Shown piece after piece: positions 38,081-50,200 of a stretch of 64,000 nucleotides of DNA. The stretch is from NCBI GenBank assembly GCA_030704615.1, contig CM060734.1, forward strand, positions 46,128,001 to 46,192,000. Reading direction: 5' to 3'. Every line of letters starts with the position of its first letter. The first letter of the stretch is position 1. The stretch is from Takakia lepidozioides (lineage: Eukaryota > Plantae > Bryophyta). The notes under the pieces were generated by a model. It was not told the DNA's origin. It saw only the letters and a program-made list of their open reading frames with translations, and did no database searches. The position numbers and the translations under genes are program-made.

Positions 38081-39599
38081 AGGTAAGAGCCGTAAATGAC
38101 CTAATAGTTGTAAATGTAGGGTATGGTGGAGTTTAGTGGTGGCGCTATGGGCTAGTTTCAAATTTAGTTGCAAAAATTACAGACATCCTTACATGTTGTC
38201 CATGCAATGAGCTTCAAATCCATTACATACTCAAAAATACTGCAAGACTTCTATGGCCTATTGAATTTCCTTCAAAATGATCACCAATACTGATACTCAT
38301 TCCCTTCATTCTTCCATTTGGAGATTGTGAAATTTAATTTCAACCAATACGTCAATTTTATTGGATTTTTGTCCAAACCGTTTTAGGAGATTTGGTCAAA
38401 TTGTTTGATCCACTCTTGCTCCACTTAAGTATCACCCTTATTAGTCTCCTTATTCTAACATCTTTTACTGATTTAAGATTATGAAATCAGTCATACTAGA
38501 CATAACACTTGCGCTATCTTTCACAAACTCCATGATAACATGTTTGGATCAAAACCACATTTTGTTGCACATTAATTTTTTGTTTGTGATATAGCTCAGC
38601 TCTAATCTATCAGCGAGCTGCTAAGGATATGAAATGATCAAGAAATACCAAACCCCTCAATACATATTGTATACAAGTGAAGATATTTATACATCTCAAA
38701 ACCTTGTAGCCACGGAAATCACTTTTTATGTAAGCTTATCAGACATATTTAATAATTGTCATCATTACTTAATTTAGATTAAAGTAAAACAAGTTGTATA
38801 ACCATACATTTATTTTGCGGAATTTGCAAAGAAAAGTTGCTTCAGTTTTAATGTTCCCATCGATTTTTATAAGAAAATAGAAGATCTATGGCCAGAATGT
38901 GTAAGGAAATTTAAAACCTTTTGATTGATCAATAAAGAAACGTGTCGGAATCAGGGCCCCTTAGCCCTCTCTCTCTCTCGATGCCGCCGTAGTCAATTAG
39001 AGAATATGAAGATAGGGCAAGGAGAAATTGCAACATGTCGCTCATGTGCGCCCTAAAAAGATAAGGAAGTTGTTTTGTAAACAGTCATGAGTCACCACGT
39101 CATTAACAAACTACCTAGTTAACTCTATACAATGAGTGATTCCGTACAACTTTTAGATAGATGTTAATTATGGATGAAAATCAAATAGAAAAAAGTAATG
39201 AAAACCATCCAAAGAATGAAAAATCATGTTAAATAAAGTATTTTATTTATTGACTGAACCATATGAGACCATTTTTTCCTCCCAAAAGGCGTGCGCCACT
39301 TAGATTTTATCGTTAGAAGGGAAAAAAAATGATCCCCGTATGTAACGAGCTTGATCATGTGTGGATTTGGTATTATATAGCTTGATAATACGATGTGGGA
39401 CCAGGTGGTGGCATGCCTTTATGGTAGGATGATTAGTACCATCGGCCTGTGTATAACGGTGATGGCACGATCACAACCGTTATTTAGCAAGATCTAACGG
39501 CGCAACATTGCTCTAGGTCTTGGGCGTGTTTCAAGCGAAAGCAAGCTCAAGCTCACGCGATGGCGGATCACAAATGCGAAAAACAATGGATCGGCTATG

Positions 39600-39650
39600 A
39601 GTAAGTAGTGAGAGGTAGGGAGAGCAAAGCGCTCTTCTCCTTTATATACC
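39600..39650 (-). promoter_or_regulatory. Candidate core promoter (TATA box plus pyrimidine patch) upstream of the SO-like pseudogene
   Basis: The minus strand reads TATATAAA (39648-39641), followed about 20-40 nt later by CTCTCCCTACCTCTCACTAC, roughly 600 bp upstream of the first SO-homologous exon. Confidence 0.45.
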
Positions 39651-40212
39651 ATCTGAGGGCGGTGCATCAAGCGGTGGGGGGACATTTCTAGAAGGTTGCC
39701 CCACATTTCACCCCTAGAAACCACCACCTGTAGTATGCTTACCCCAATTTGGCGCCTGAACCATCCTCCATTTAATAGCTATCGCCTTCCTACTACCGTC
39801 TTTTTTTTAAATCCCATTATACAAGGGTTATTTCTTCATGTGTCGCTTACTATATATGCCCCTTTTTAATTCCTGGCCAATCCTCTAATGGACCTTGCCC
39901 ACGCAAACTTGGGAGGTTTATTCTCATTGGAATTGTAGGAAAGCGGAGGGGAAGAAGGTATGGTTCACCAAACACTGTTCTATGGAATTTTATGAGACAT
40001 CATTTGGATCTTGTTGGGCTTTATGTGAATTTGGGTGCTAGGTGTTTGGTTGGCATGAACCAGATTGATGCCAGACTGTTTTTACTGCTCGAGATGATGA
40101 CCATTGCTGGTAATTCATCGCTTGCAAAAATCTGAGTTGATTGCTCAAAATTTACAGTACATAAACAAGATTTAGTAGGATAGTTATGAATAGTCAGTTC
40201 TTAGTTTTAGTT

Positions 40213-42880
40213 AGGTTAGGGAGCGCGTGAGCATGCTCACGTGAGAACAAGGGCATATTCCCTGAATTTCCACGAAATTTTCTTAGTGAAACGGAATTGG
40301 CGAAACTAACAATTTTGCGAAACTAACACATAAAGAACAAGTAGCCCCTATACCTGATGAACATGTTACCGTATAAGCGTGGTTTTTCCTTACGTTGTGC
40401 TCATACGATACCAGGCCCTTTTCATAATAGGCATGAGAGTGGATGGTGAGGCCTAACCTTAAATTTAAGATCATCACCCATAGATAATTCCGCACAGCGA
40501 AACTCTGTACCAACCAGCCTGAGAAGACATCACACTGTAGCTGAAATGATGAATACGTCACTTTTAAATGCCCTACCCATGTATATTTTTGCAGAGTGAA
40601 ACTCTCTCCCCTAACAACTAGTATAATTACGTATTGAGATATGCATTTGCACTGCGAAACTCTGATCCCTGAGATTGGGTGACGTACAGTTAGGATGCTC
40701 ATAAACATGAAAAAATATGAAAAATATTCTTGAGATGCCCAGAGAAAATCGCACATGTTTTTTAACAAATACACTGTCAGAGAAGAGTTTCGTGTTGAAA
40801 AACTCTCTTATTACGACGAAGCAATTTGAATCCCTCAGTTGACATCTCTCAATATTGATTCAACAGCATGCAAGTTTTTGAACAAGAACAATGTCGGACA
40901 TGAGTTTCTTGTTGAGAAACTCTTTTGTTACAGGAAAACAGTTTAATTCCCTCGATTCATATTTCTCCATATTGTCTCAAAAGCATGCTGGTTTTGGAAC
41001 AAATACACTGTCAGACAAGAGTTTTGTGTTGAAATACTATTTTGATACGGCCAAACAGTTCAAATCCCTCAGTTCATATCATTCCAAAAACACTTTCAGA
41101 CAATAATTTCGTGTTGAGGAAAATATGCAGATTTTCGAACAAACGTGCTGAGAAACTCTTTTGTCACAGTGAAGGAGTTTAAATGCCTCAGTTCATATCC
41201 CTCAGTATTGCTTCAAAAGGGTGCAGGATTTTGAACAAAATCATTGTTATACTAGAGTTTCGTGTTGAGAAACTCTTTTATTATGGCGAAGCAATTCAAA
41301 TCTCTCAGTCCATGTCTCTCCATATTGGTTAAAAAATATGCAGGTTTTTTTAACAAAAACACTGTCAGAGAAGAGTTTCGTGTTGAGAAACTCTTTTCTT
41401 ATGGTGAAACAATTCAAATTCCTCAGTCTTTATCCCTCCATATTGGTTTTTGAACAAAAACACTGTCATATAAGAGTTTCGTGTTGAAACTCTTTTGTTA
41501 TGGCGAAGCAATTCAAATCCCTCATTCCATATCCTTCCATATTGGTTCAAAATCACGCAGGTTTTTGAACAAAAAAACTGTCAGAGAAGAGTTTCGTGTT
41601 GAGAAACTCTTTTATGATGGCGAATAAGTTCACATCCCTCAGTTCATATCCCTTCATATTGGTTCAAAAGCATGCAGTCTTTTGTGCATGTTTTTGAACC
41701 AAAACAATGTTATACGAGAGTTTCGTGTTGAGAAACTCTTTTGTTAAGGCAAAAGAGTTCAAATCCTCAGTTAATATTTCTCCTTATTGTTCCAAATGCA
41801 TGCAGGTTTCTGAACAAAAACACTGTTAGAGAAGAGTTTCGTGTTGAGAAACCTTTTTGCTATGCCCAACTAGCAGTTCATATTTCTGAGTTCATATCCA
41901 TCCATATTGGTTCTAAAGCATGTAGATTCTTAAACCATAACACTGTCAGACAACAGTTTTGTGTTGAGAAATTCTTTTTTTACGACAAAGAAGTTCAAAT
42001 CCCTCAGTTCGTATCCCTCTATATTGTTTCAAAAGTATGCAGGTTTTTCTTCATAACCCCAGTCGGATAAGAGTTTCATATCGAAAAACTCTTTTGTTGC
42101 AGCGAAGTATTTCAAATCCTTTAGTTCTTGTTCAAAAGCATATAGTGCTTTGAACAAATTCACTGACAGACAAGAGTTTCGTGTTGAGAAACCTTTTTCA
42201 ATTTTTGAATTCTTTACTAAGAATTGTCGCCATTGATGTTATCAAAGCGAAACAATCGCAGACATTCTCAGATGCTGTGCTAAAATTCATAGCACAAGAA
42301 GGAATCTCCTAGTTTTATTGATGATCTAAATGACAGATGTACATGTTAACTCCGTTCCTAAAAGAAATTTCAGTAAGCGAAAGTATCCTCATTTGTTATT
42401 TTGTCTATATTGTCCTGTAAATCATTTCAATCAGTAGTGTTATATTTTCTGCTTACTGTGTGTTTGGTGTTATTTTCGGACGAGGGAATAAATACATTTT
42501 TCGAGTAAGAATTAACATCACACTTCAATAGCATTAGAATTGTATTTTGTATTAACTGTAACTATTTTATTTTCGTTGTGATATTTTTTCTTTTAAGGTT
42601 CTTTTTCCTCAATGCGAAACCCACCGCTGCTTAGGTTTGTGCCCATATCACCAAGTATTTCTCAATGCGAAACTCGCCGCCGCCGCTATAGGTTTAGGGT
42701 TTCTGGCTATACTACTGAAGGTTTCACCACACTGGATTGATCAAATGTACTCTATAATGCACCAGTCCTCTATATCCGCTTATGGTTTTACATTCTGAAA
42801 ACATATAACTCCTAAGACCGAGGTTAAAAAATCACAAAACTCGCATGACCGTGGGTTGTGCTCACGCGATACCAACCCCC
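40213..42880. mobile_element. Non-autonomous Mutator-like (MULE) DNA transposon
   Basis: Exact 9-bp TSD GTTTTAGTT at 40204-40212 and 42881-42889; imperfect terminal inverted repeats AGGTTAGGGAGCGCGTGAGCA... / ...TGCTCACGCGATACCAACCCCC; no transposase ORF. Confidence 0.7.
40765..42195. repeat. Tandem array of ~13 units of ~117 bp inside the MULE-like element
   Basis: The consensus AACACTGTCAGAGAAGAGTTTCGTGTTGAGAAACTCTTTTGTTATGGCGAAGCAATTCAAATCCCTCAGTTCATATCCCTCCATATTGGTTCAAAAGCATGCAGGTTTTTGAACAAA recurs at ~40770, 40887, 41004, 41090, 41240, 41358, 41459, 41575, 41703, 41819, 41939, 42056 and 42160. Confidence 0.95.
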
Positions 42881-43577
42881 GTTTTAGTTGTAGCTTCATT
42901 TTGGTCGTCAACAAGGTTCATAGCTTACTGATATCTTGTTATTGTTGTTACGTAAGTGCCAAATCGACCCAAAATGTAACTTGGTTTTTTTGGCCTGTTT
43001 TTACTAAGTCACCTTGCTCGGGTTGCTTGTGTGGCAACCATGGTCATGTTATGGTAAGGGTTTCCCAAAAATGGCCTAAAAACTACCTAATTGGATTGAA
43101 TTTTTTTCTTGGACAACCTTGGCATGCAGACTACAGCGATACTAAATTGGATGGTAGATTTGCCCTCCATAATTTCACACTTCAAATTTTGGCCTGGCCA
43201 CTTCAAATTGGGTTTTTTTGAAACCCCCCCCCCCCTCCAATTTGTGAGTACAAAGCAGCCCAAACAAAAACAGATCAGAAAAAAGTGAAAAATTCAGGGA
43301 AGGTGTGTTATCATGAGAGGCACGCAATTCCCAAGACTCCCATATCATGCAAAGAAAAAATCGCACGAATTTGGCACTTTTGTTGGTTTTCTATGCCCTT
43401 CATTTCTAGGCATGATGATTTTTTTTGGGCCACATCTGAATATTTGAAGTTAGAATCTTCTAATCTGCTAGTTGGATATGGCTGAAAGTATTTGAGGTAA
43501 TAGATGGGGTAGGTGGGCAGGGAATTCAACAATCGTCTTAGTTACATGGACTCAGAAACTGGGAGGTAAAAAAGATT

Positions 43578-43640
43578 TGGTGTGCCAGGGTCTCATTTTC
43601 ACACCATGTCGTGAAAATGGGCCCGACACTTAAGGGTTAA
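43578..43640. mobile_element. piggyBac-like right terminus with subterminal palindrome
   Basis: GGGTCTCATTTTCAC-ACCATGTC-GTGAAAATGGGCCC followed by ...TTAAGGG|TTAA; a similar left-type end TTAA|CCCTTAA lies at 45532. Confidence 0.4.
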
Positions 43641-46600
43641 GCTCCCCCTCGGTGGTTGGTTTGGATATTATTCAATCTTCGCAATCTGTAGGGTAGAGAA
43701 TGCTTCGAATGTACAAGCCAATGTTGGGTGGTTATTTAAATTTCTCTCTAATACCCACCCGGTTATATGTATATATATGACGAGGGGGAGGGAAAATGAA
43801 GTAACCGGTATCATTAGGAACCGGTGGTGGTCAGACATTCAAATAACCAAGCATAGAACCTTTTAAAGACCGCTCAATACCCACGGTTATTTGATGAAAA
43901 TCTTGTGGAGCATAAGCATCTTGCGTTGGTGGCTTACAGAGCGTAACTGTTAACACAGCTTGCGTGGCCAAACCTCCCTCCTTTTTTAAGAAACTCTTTA
44001 CGCTTGGTACACAAACCAGGGTGTGGTGCTTCACTCTTGCTTCACTGGTATTCGGCCTAAGCCCAAGCCCTCAGGGCTCCGCCCTCGTGGCAAGGGGCTC
44101 ATACCAGTTGGGGGGCAGTTATTTGATGTTTTTCATAACCAACCGCTCTGATTGCTTCAAATTTTAGGAAACTAATAACATGCAGTTGCGATTATTAAAT
44201 CTAATATGGCTAGATATAACCGGCGGACTAGTGAGTATGCGTGACGTGGTGCAATATTCACGAAGTATAGAGGAAGGCCATGAGTGGTGGGCCGTCTTGA
44301 TTTGAGGGCCCCAAGCCGAGGGCGACGACATATATGTATTTTGGTGTAAAGCAGTGGCACTGAGGTGTGGCGGGACAGCAGGTAATCAAAGTTCCACTAT
44401 TACTCTAAGCATTTGGTCGATCTACAGAGCATGTGTGCCAAACCCTTGTCCCTAAAAGTCAGCTGGTAATCAAAAGGATGTATTGACTAGTTACGATTAT
44501 AAAAGTGAAAGGACCGGCTATCAATCGAAGGTAAATCGCCTCCTACAATCTTGTCATGGTTTGTCGTGCCTGTCTCACTAGATTGGCTGGCCCCTCATCA
44601 GTTTCTCCAGATGTTCAAATATTCACCTGTGTTGTTTGGTTTACTTTCTAGCTTCTCAAGTTGTTTGCTTCCTATGAGGTTGTAAGTGGTCCACTTTGGA
44701 GGTATTTACCGTGCAACAATCCATTTTTCACCACTTTTCACAGCTTTGTTGGACAGAACAATCATTTGGATTGCTACGATATAGTACAAGCATAGTAGGG
44801 GTTGAGAGTCATGGACTGCTGAATGAGACCATGAAAGAAATTCCAAGTCTCTTCGCTGAAGAATCATTTTGTTGGTCTCGATGTTCGTAGGTAAACTTGA
44901 GGTCTCTTAGAAGGAGCAATCTGGGCACCTCCATGTTTTGTGTAGCTTCTTATTCAGAAAGAGCCTCTCAAATATATACCTTCGATCTAAGGAAGATTCA
45001 ATGTGATTCAAACACCTAGATGTGCTTCGATCTACCAATTGGGAGCTCACCTATCATAATCATCACAGCTGCAGCGGAATTGAAATGAAATCAAATTGGA
45101 AGTCCTCCATCTCCCTTAGCAAAAGGCACCAATAGATACTAGAGAGCATGTATCAATACCAATGCTTGGGATCTTATTGAAGTGAAATGCCATGGAGTCA
45201 CCCTCACTCATCTTCATGGTGACGAATTTTTTATGCAGATGGAGTGGAGAGAGAGAAGATCCAACCGGCGTAACTAAGAGCCACTTCGCCCTACCGCCTA
45301 CTGCCCCTTTCGAGGGTGGGCCCTATGATGATGGAGTGAATTGTATGTAATCTTCTTCACGGAAATTTTTCTCAACTGCAGCCCTAGCATTTCTGCTCTA
45401 CTCACATGTAACATGTTTGTGTCCTTCCAATTAAAAAATGGCTAAAGAACCAGGCCACCATATTCCACCCATTGTATTTCTGTCATCATTTTTTGTGTGT
45501 TGAGGAGTAGGCTCTGTAAATTCACTGGATGTTAACCCTTAACTTCTTACATGGTTCATTTTTTGACACCTAACAATTATTACCCATGCCCAGTAAAATG
45601 AGACTAACTAGCTATCAGAAATCATCCAGAAAAATGGATCTTACAGGAAGGTACGCACCTGGCACCTGCATGCACTCACCAAAAATGAACTTGTTTCACT
45701 GTCAAATATGGGAGATTATATGGGTTTAGAGAGGATGGATTATTTGTTTCTGTTTTTGAAAACATGGTTTTTTAGCCTTGACCAACTAATTTGAGAGGCT
45801 TTTAGATTTTTGTGGAGTGTTTATTCCACACAATGCTAATCTCTGATAGGAATGCCATATCCATGTAAAAAATGAGGGGCAAAAGTTAGGTTCAGCATGG
45901 GGATGCTTTGAATGTGTTTATGGGGGGAGGGTTCGAACTACCTTCATTTAGAAATTGGGATTTGGCCTCCACAAGATGCTATGAAATATTGCTTAAATTC
46001 AAAATTCCTTTGGTGAGGGAGTGACTCTCTTCATACCTACACCTTGGTCCAAATTATGCCCACATCCAATGGTAGTAATTGTAAAATATGACCCCCCAGA
46101 AGCCTGAAGTGCTGTCCAATCAGCGCCCCGTAGAAGTCAACGATGCGTCACCTCCCTCTATGCAAGAGCATTTCTGACCCACTGCGTTTTGGAAATTTGT
46201 GGACATGGCAGACTTTCTCCAAATGGAGATAATCTGCTATGTTATCAGGTCATTTATTGCTGAAGAAACGACCGAAAAATATTAAGATCTGCAAAAGTTA
46301 CATTAATATATCATGTTCTATAAAACCAGAAACGGGTTCCATAGGAAACTTTATCTTTATCTTTATCGGTTTTTAGAAGGGAAACACCTGGAAACCGCTC
46401 ATAAACCCCTTAAACTATTAGAGGAAAATTTAACCTCGTCCAAAGTAACCTCACCCTGACCTAGCCCACTATTCAGTTCCATTGTGCTCGACATCATCTC
46501 AGGTTTGTTTCTTACATTTACCTAAGAATGCATTCCAAGGGCCTTTCTCTATCAAAATCTTCATTTTGACTTTTCATAAGTGGAAATTCTCACCAGCAAA

Positions 46601-46694
46601 CTCTTCTACAATTTCCACTACGGTAACTACAGCCAATGTGGCCTGTTTCATGTGTAGTTTTATAATTGTTGCAAGATATTGTAGGATTGATGTA

Positions 46695-47102
46695 CAAAAA
46701 CTTCTCCCTCCTAGTCAAAGGCATATGCTGTCCTACTAGTATGGTGCTGCTAGACAACTAAAATTAATTCCGGTGGTAAGGGCACAAGCCATGCCTCACT
46801 AATGGTTGTGGGTTCATATCACATGGTGGATGTCATACATGTGTCCGTCTTCAATCGGAAAGCGGTAGCGCGCTTTGGGGTCAAGTGATACCATAATTTT
46901 CATACAAAAAATTCTCCCTCCTAGTTAAAGGCATATGCTATCCTACTAGTATGGTGCTGCTAGACAACTAACATTAATTCCGGTGGTAAGGGCACATGCC
47001 ACGCCTCACTAATGGTTGTGGTTTCATATGGTGGATGTCATACATGTGTCTGTCTTCAACGGGAAAGCGGTAGCGCTTTGGGGTCAAGTGATACCATAAT
47101 TT
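46695..47102 (+). repeat. ~210-bp tandem duplication, each unit containing a SINE copy (46753-46900, 46963-47100), just downstream of the RLK stop
   Basis: Two near-identical units CAAAAA.TTCTCCCTCCTAG...GGTGGTAAGGGC...TTTGGGGTCAAGTGATACCATAATTTT. Confidence 0.85.
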
Positions 47103-47210
47103 TTGCTTGCTTCGACACCGCGTTCACGTTTACGATGCTTCTGTGTTTCAAGGTCGAGAATATGCTATACAATCAGCTCTCATCAGGCTCAATTGATTTT
47201 TCCACTATTG

Positions 47211-50200
47211 TCATCTGGCTTTGACAGCACCAAGCTCGATGTTGCCAGATGGATTTGAATCTGTCAAGCTCATTCTAGAACTTCCCGGTAACAATGATAA
47301 GCTGCTTTGCGAGCCTTCGGAAATAGTGGCAAGACCAAATCCAGACTCCGAAGCAGCTAGCAATCCCTCGTACGATCTGATTACTCTGCCCGCTTCTATA
47401 TCTTTTTCTACAACCTCACATTCCACCTCCCCCTGTAAAATTGCGACCACATGGGCCATGGAGGGTCGTCTCTCTCCTTCAGTCTGCAAACACAAGAGAG
47501 CTACGTTGATCACACGTTGTACTTCCACCACCTCATCGCTGTGTAAGTGCAGAGTGCTATCGACAAGATCCATTGTGCAGCCTTTATTGTGCAATATCGA
47601 GGCCTACACGCCAACACATAACTTGGTCATTACACAACATACATGACACGGATTTCAACCATTGGAATTTGTTCGTACTTAAGAAATTTGAACACATCTG
47701 GTGTCTACCTGATTGAATCAACCTCCTCAATTCCATTTACTCTGTACATAGATCCTGAGTTCATTTAATATGTAGAACTTCAAAGGTTGTGGTAATTTAC
47801 ATCTAGGACTGGCTTTGACAAGGGTACGATATGACACATTTGTGGTGAAGTAGACTCACACAGGCTTCTAGCCTAAGAGCAGAGTGATTGCTTCTTCCCT
47901 ATCAATGCCGGTACTCTTGATTGTGCGTGACATTGCGGAAGCCAGTCTACTCGATGACCACATTTCATACATAAGAGATAAGAGGCCTACTCTTTGCAAA
48001 AGATACATCTCGTCCGAAGGCAACTTGGGATCTATGTTCTTTTTTCCGCTTACAACTTCGAGCAAAAGAACCCCAAAGCTAAAAACATCAGCTTTCTCTG
48101 TGAGTTGGCCACGAGTTGCGTACTCAGGTGCTAAATAGCCCCTGCACAATTCAACCCAGTAGGCGGAAATTTCTTAGAAGTGTCGTTTGTGTGTGGAGCA
48201 CATTTTCTTACACTTGCGCCAACATTATTACCTAGGGATAGTAATCTTCAGTCATATCCCATGACAATGTCTGCAGATGTACATATTCTGCACTACTACA
48301 GTAGGAAAAGAATAGTACAAGAAAGAAACAATAGCAATTGAGTTGGAAGAAGATGAACTCACATAGTGCCAGCGACATGCATGGTGGTGATGTGGCTTTT
48401 TTCGTCCGGAAACAAGAGCGCTAAGCCAAAATCTGCAATCTTTGCTTGTAAGTTCTTGTCAAGCATAATGTTGCTGGCCTTGATGTCTCGATGTATGATT
48501 CGTGGTTGAGCAATCTCGTGAAGATAAAATAAACCACGAGCAACTCCTAGACAAATATTGAATCGGACCGGCCAGTTCATAATCTGGTTACCTTTGCCCT
48601 CTGGAAAAACATTGTGAAGGTCAACTGCTTGATTAGCTTGAGGCCCCCTTCTCCCTGTCTCATAAATCGCTTCTTTCAAACTCAATGCTTCATGATGAGT
48701 ATACGATTTGGTTCTAATGTCGATGCATGTTGGACAAAAAGATTTACCATGCTGCAATATAATTCATGAAAATAAACACAAAACAATCTTTAAATATTTC
48801 AAGCATGAAGTATCGGCCAGATCCAGTGAACTGACCAAATAGTGTCTCAGCGAGGTCGTAGTTCTCAACATATTCGTACACCAGAAGCCTTTTGTTCTCA
48901 CGTAGGCAACAACCTTTTAATTTCACCAGATTTCGGTGTTTCACTCCAGTGATAAGGACAACTTCATTAAGAAACTCATCGATGCTTTGTTGGGTCTTAT
49001 TGAATAATTGCTTCACTGCCACCTCACTCCCATTTGGAAGTATTCCCTGCTATGATATCAGTAAGGATGTTCAGCAAAAGAAAAGTTGGGACTATGTATA
49101 ACTCTTCCTTGCTATTGCATTTGCAGTTTGATTGCATACCTGATTACATTTTCTAAGTGAAGTAACCTGTTTAGCTGAGGGGTATGGTATAGAGGTCACA
49201 AGGAACTTGTACCTTGTAAACAGCACCATAGCTCCCTTGACCTAGCTTCATATCTGGATGGAAGTCTCTCGTAGCAGCCCTAAGTTCATTGTATGCAAAG
49301 AGTGTCGGCTGCACTTCAAACTCAGCAAATTCTGTAGAAAGTGACATAATCAAAGAGTTGTAAGGACACTCCATGTCACCATATACTCAGCTTCATTGAA
49401 ATTATGCCAACATAGGAGTAATGAAGTCACCAGTTTAGTGTGCCGAGAAATGATCTCAGAACACTGTTGGCAAGGTGGAGATTCTTTTAGAATGCTTACT
49501 TTCACTTGCACCACTCTCACGACTAGGCGCTGAAACTAGATAGCTAGTGAAAAATAGAACGACATATCGTGAGTATAAACATTTCGGATACAAATTATGT
49601 ACCTTTATCATGCAGATTCACTTACTTTGTTGAACATGAAGCACTAGGTAACGGTGGTGTCGTTTACTCCACCACAATATCCAGGTGGCGATGGCAATCG
49701 TGAGTGCCAGTACAGTACCACCGACAACTGAAGAAATTATAATCACCTTCCGAACATTGCGCCTCGACTGGTCATTGACAAGATCTGTCGATATAAAGAC
49801 AAAGCCACTTAGGTGTAACCTATGGAGTATGTCAAATACAGATGGAAAGATGGAAAGATTATCCTTACCAAATGACTACATGTACGGTATAGGCTGATCA
49901 GTAACTGGACAGCATGTGAGGTTCAACATTCTCTTTAGGATTTCAGTATGTTACCCTCATAAACATACTTTCTCATGAAAGTTGAAGTCCCAAGCACTTA
50001 AGCGTATATGCTTTTATCCATATTCTCAGCGGAGTCCACTCCAAAATGTTAGCCCATTTGTATTCCAAAGCGCAATTACTAGACCATGATCTACAACTAT
50101 AAATACTCTCTATACAAGAAACTCTTTCTTGAAATGCTATGAGAACATTAAGTTCTACGACCAATGACACCAGCCAAGTCCCATTCAGCCCAAGTCTTTT

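Larger units (their letters stand above)
31279..39045 (-). pseudogene. SOX: Plant-type sulfite oxidase-like pseudogene (12 exons; Moco and dimerisation domains, no heme domain)
   Basis: Exons are colinear with Arabidopsis SO: 38918-39045 (GLRGPD/RHVSLLINQK), 37335-37450 (EPFNAESP...LYKCNHGPVP), 35999-36061, 35760-35796 (LPKHTIVATLQ), 35399-35480 (CAGNRRKSMS, Mo-ligand Cys), 34145-34267 (WGGARL...VEFISVDVCK), 33714-33809 (EERGGPYKAS...LAYEMNG), 33445-33556 (RDHGF/PLRVVVPGVIGARSVKWL), 33119-33232 (GFFMQVDNKMFPP*...SRRPLMEFPVQ), 32943-32993, 32473-32711 (GYALAGGGR...KWALVFW), and a last exon starting 31425 (VDSAANVQP...[14 protein letters not shown]). Lesions: frameshifts near 38946, 34260, 34210, 33535 and 32605, an in-frame TGA near 33190, and a damaged acceptor near 35797. 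Confidence 0.93.

Noticed and set aside
37982-38173. ORF containing KSYLREPE as SO exon 1
   Set aside because: It overlaps a SINE copy, and a better exon 1 (GLRGPD/RHVSLLINQK|gt) with the correct phase is at 38918-38970.
39370-39414. MPPPGPTSYYQ as SO N-terminus
   Set aside because: The similarity is weak, a stop follows immediately, and there is no matching donor; the 38918 exon supersedes it.
40765-42195. CRISPR-like array (palindromic repeats at regular spacing)
   Set aside because: The sequence between palindromes is also repeated, so there are no unique spacers. There are no cas genes and the context is eukaryotic; it is a tandem satellite.
47221-49101. Plus-strand ORFs over the kinase, and similar ones over CalS and the LINEs
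   Set aside because: These are antisense shadows of real coding exons or TE remnants.
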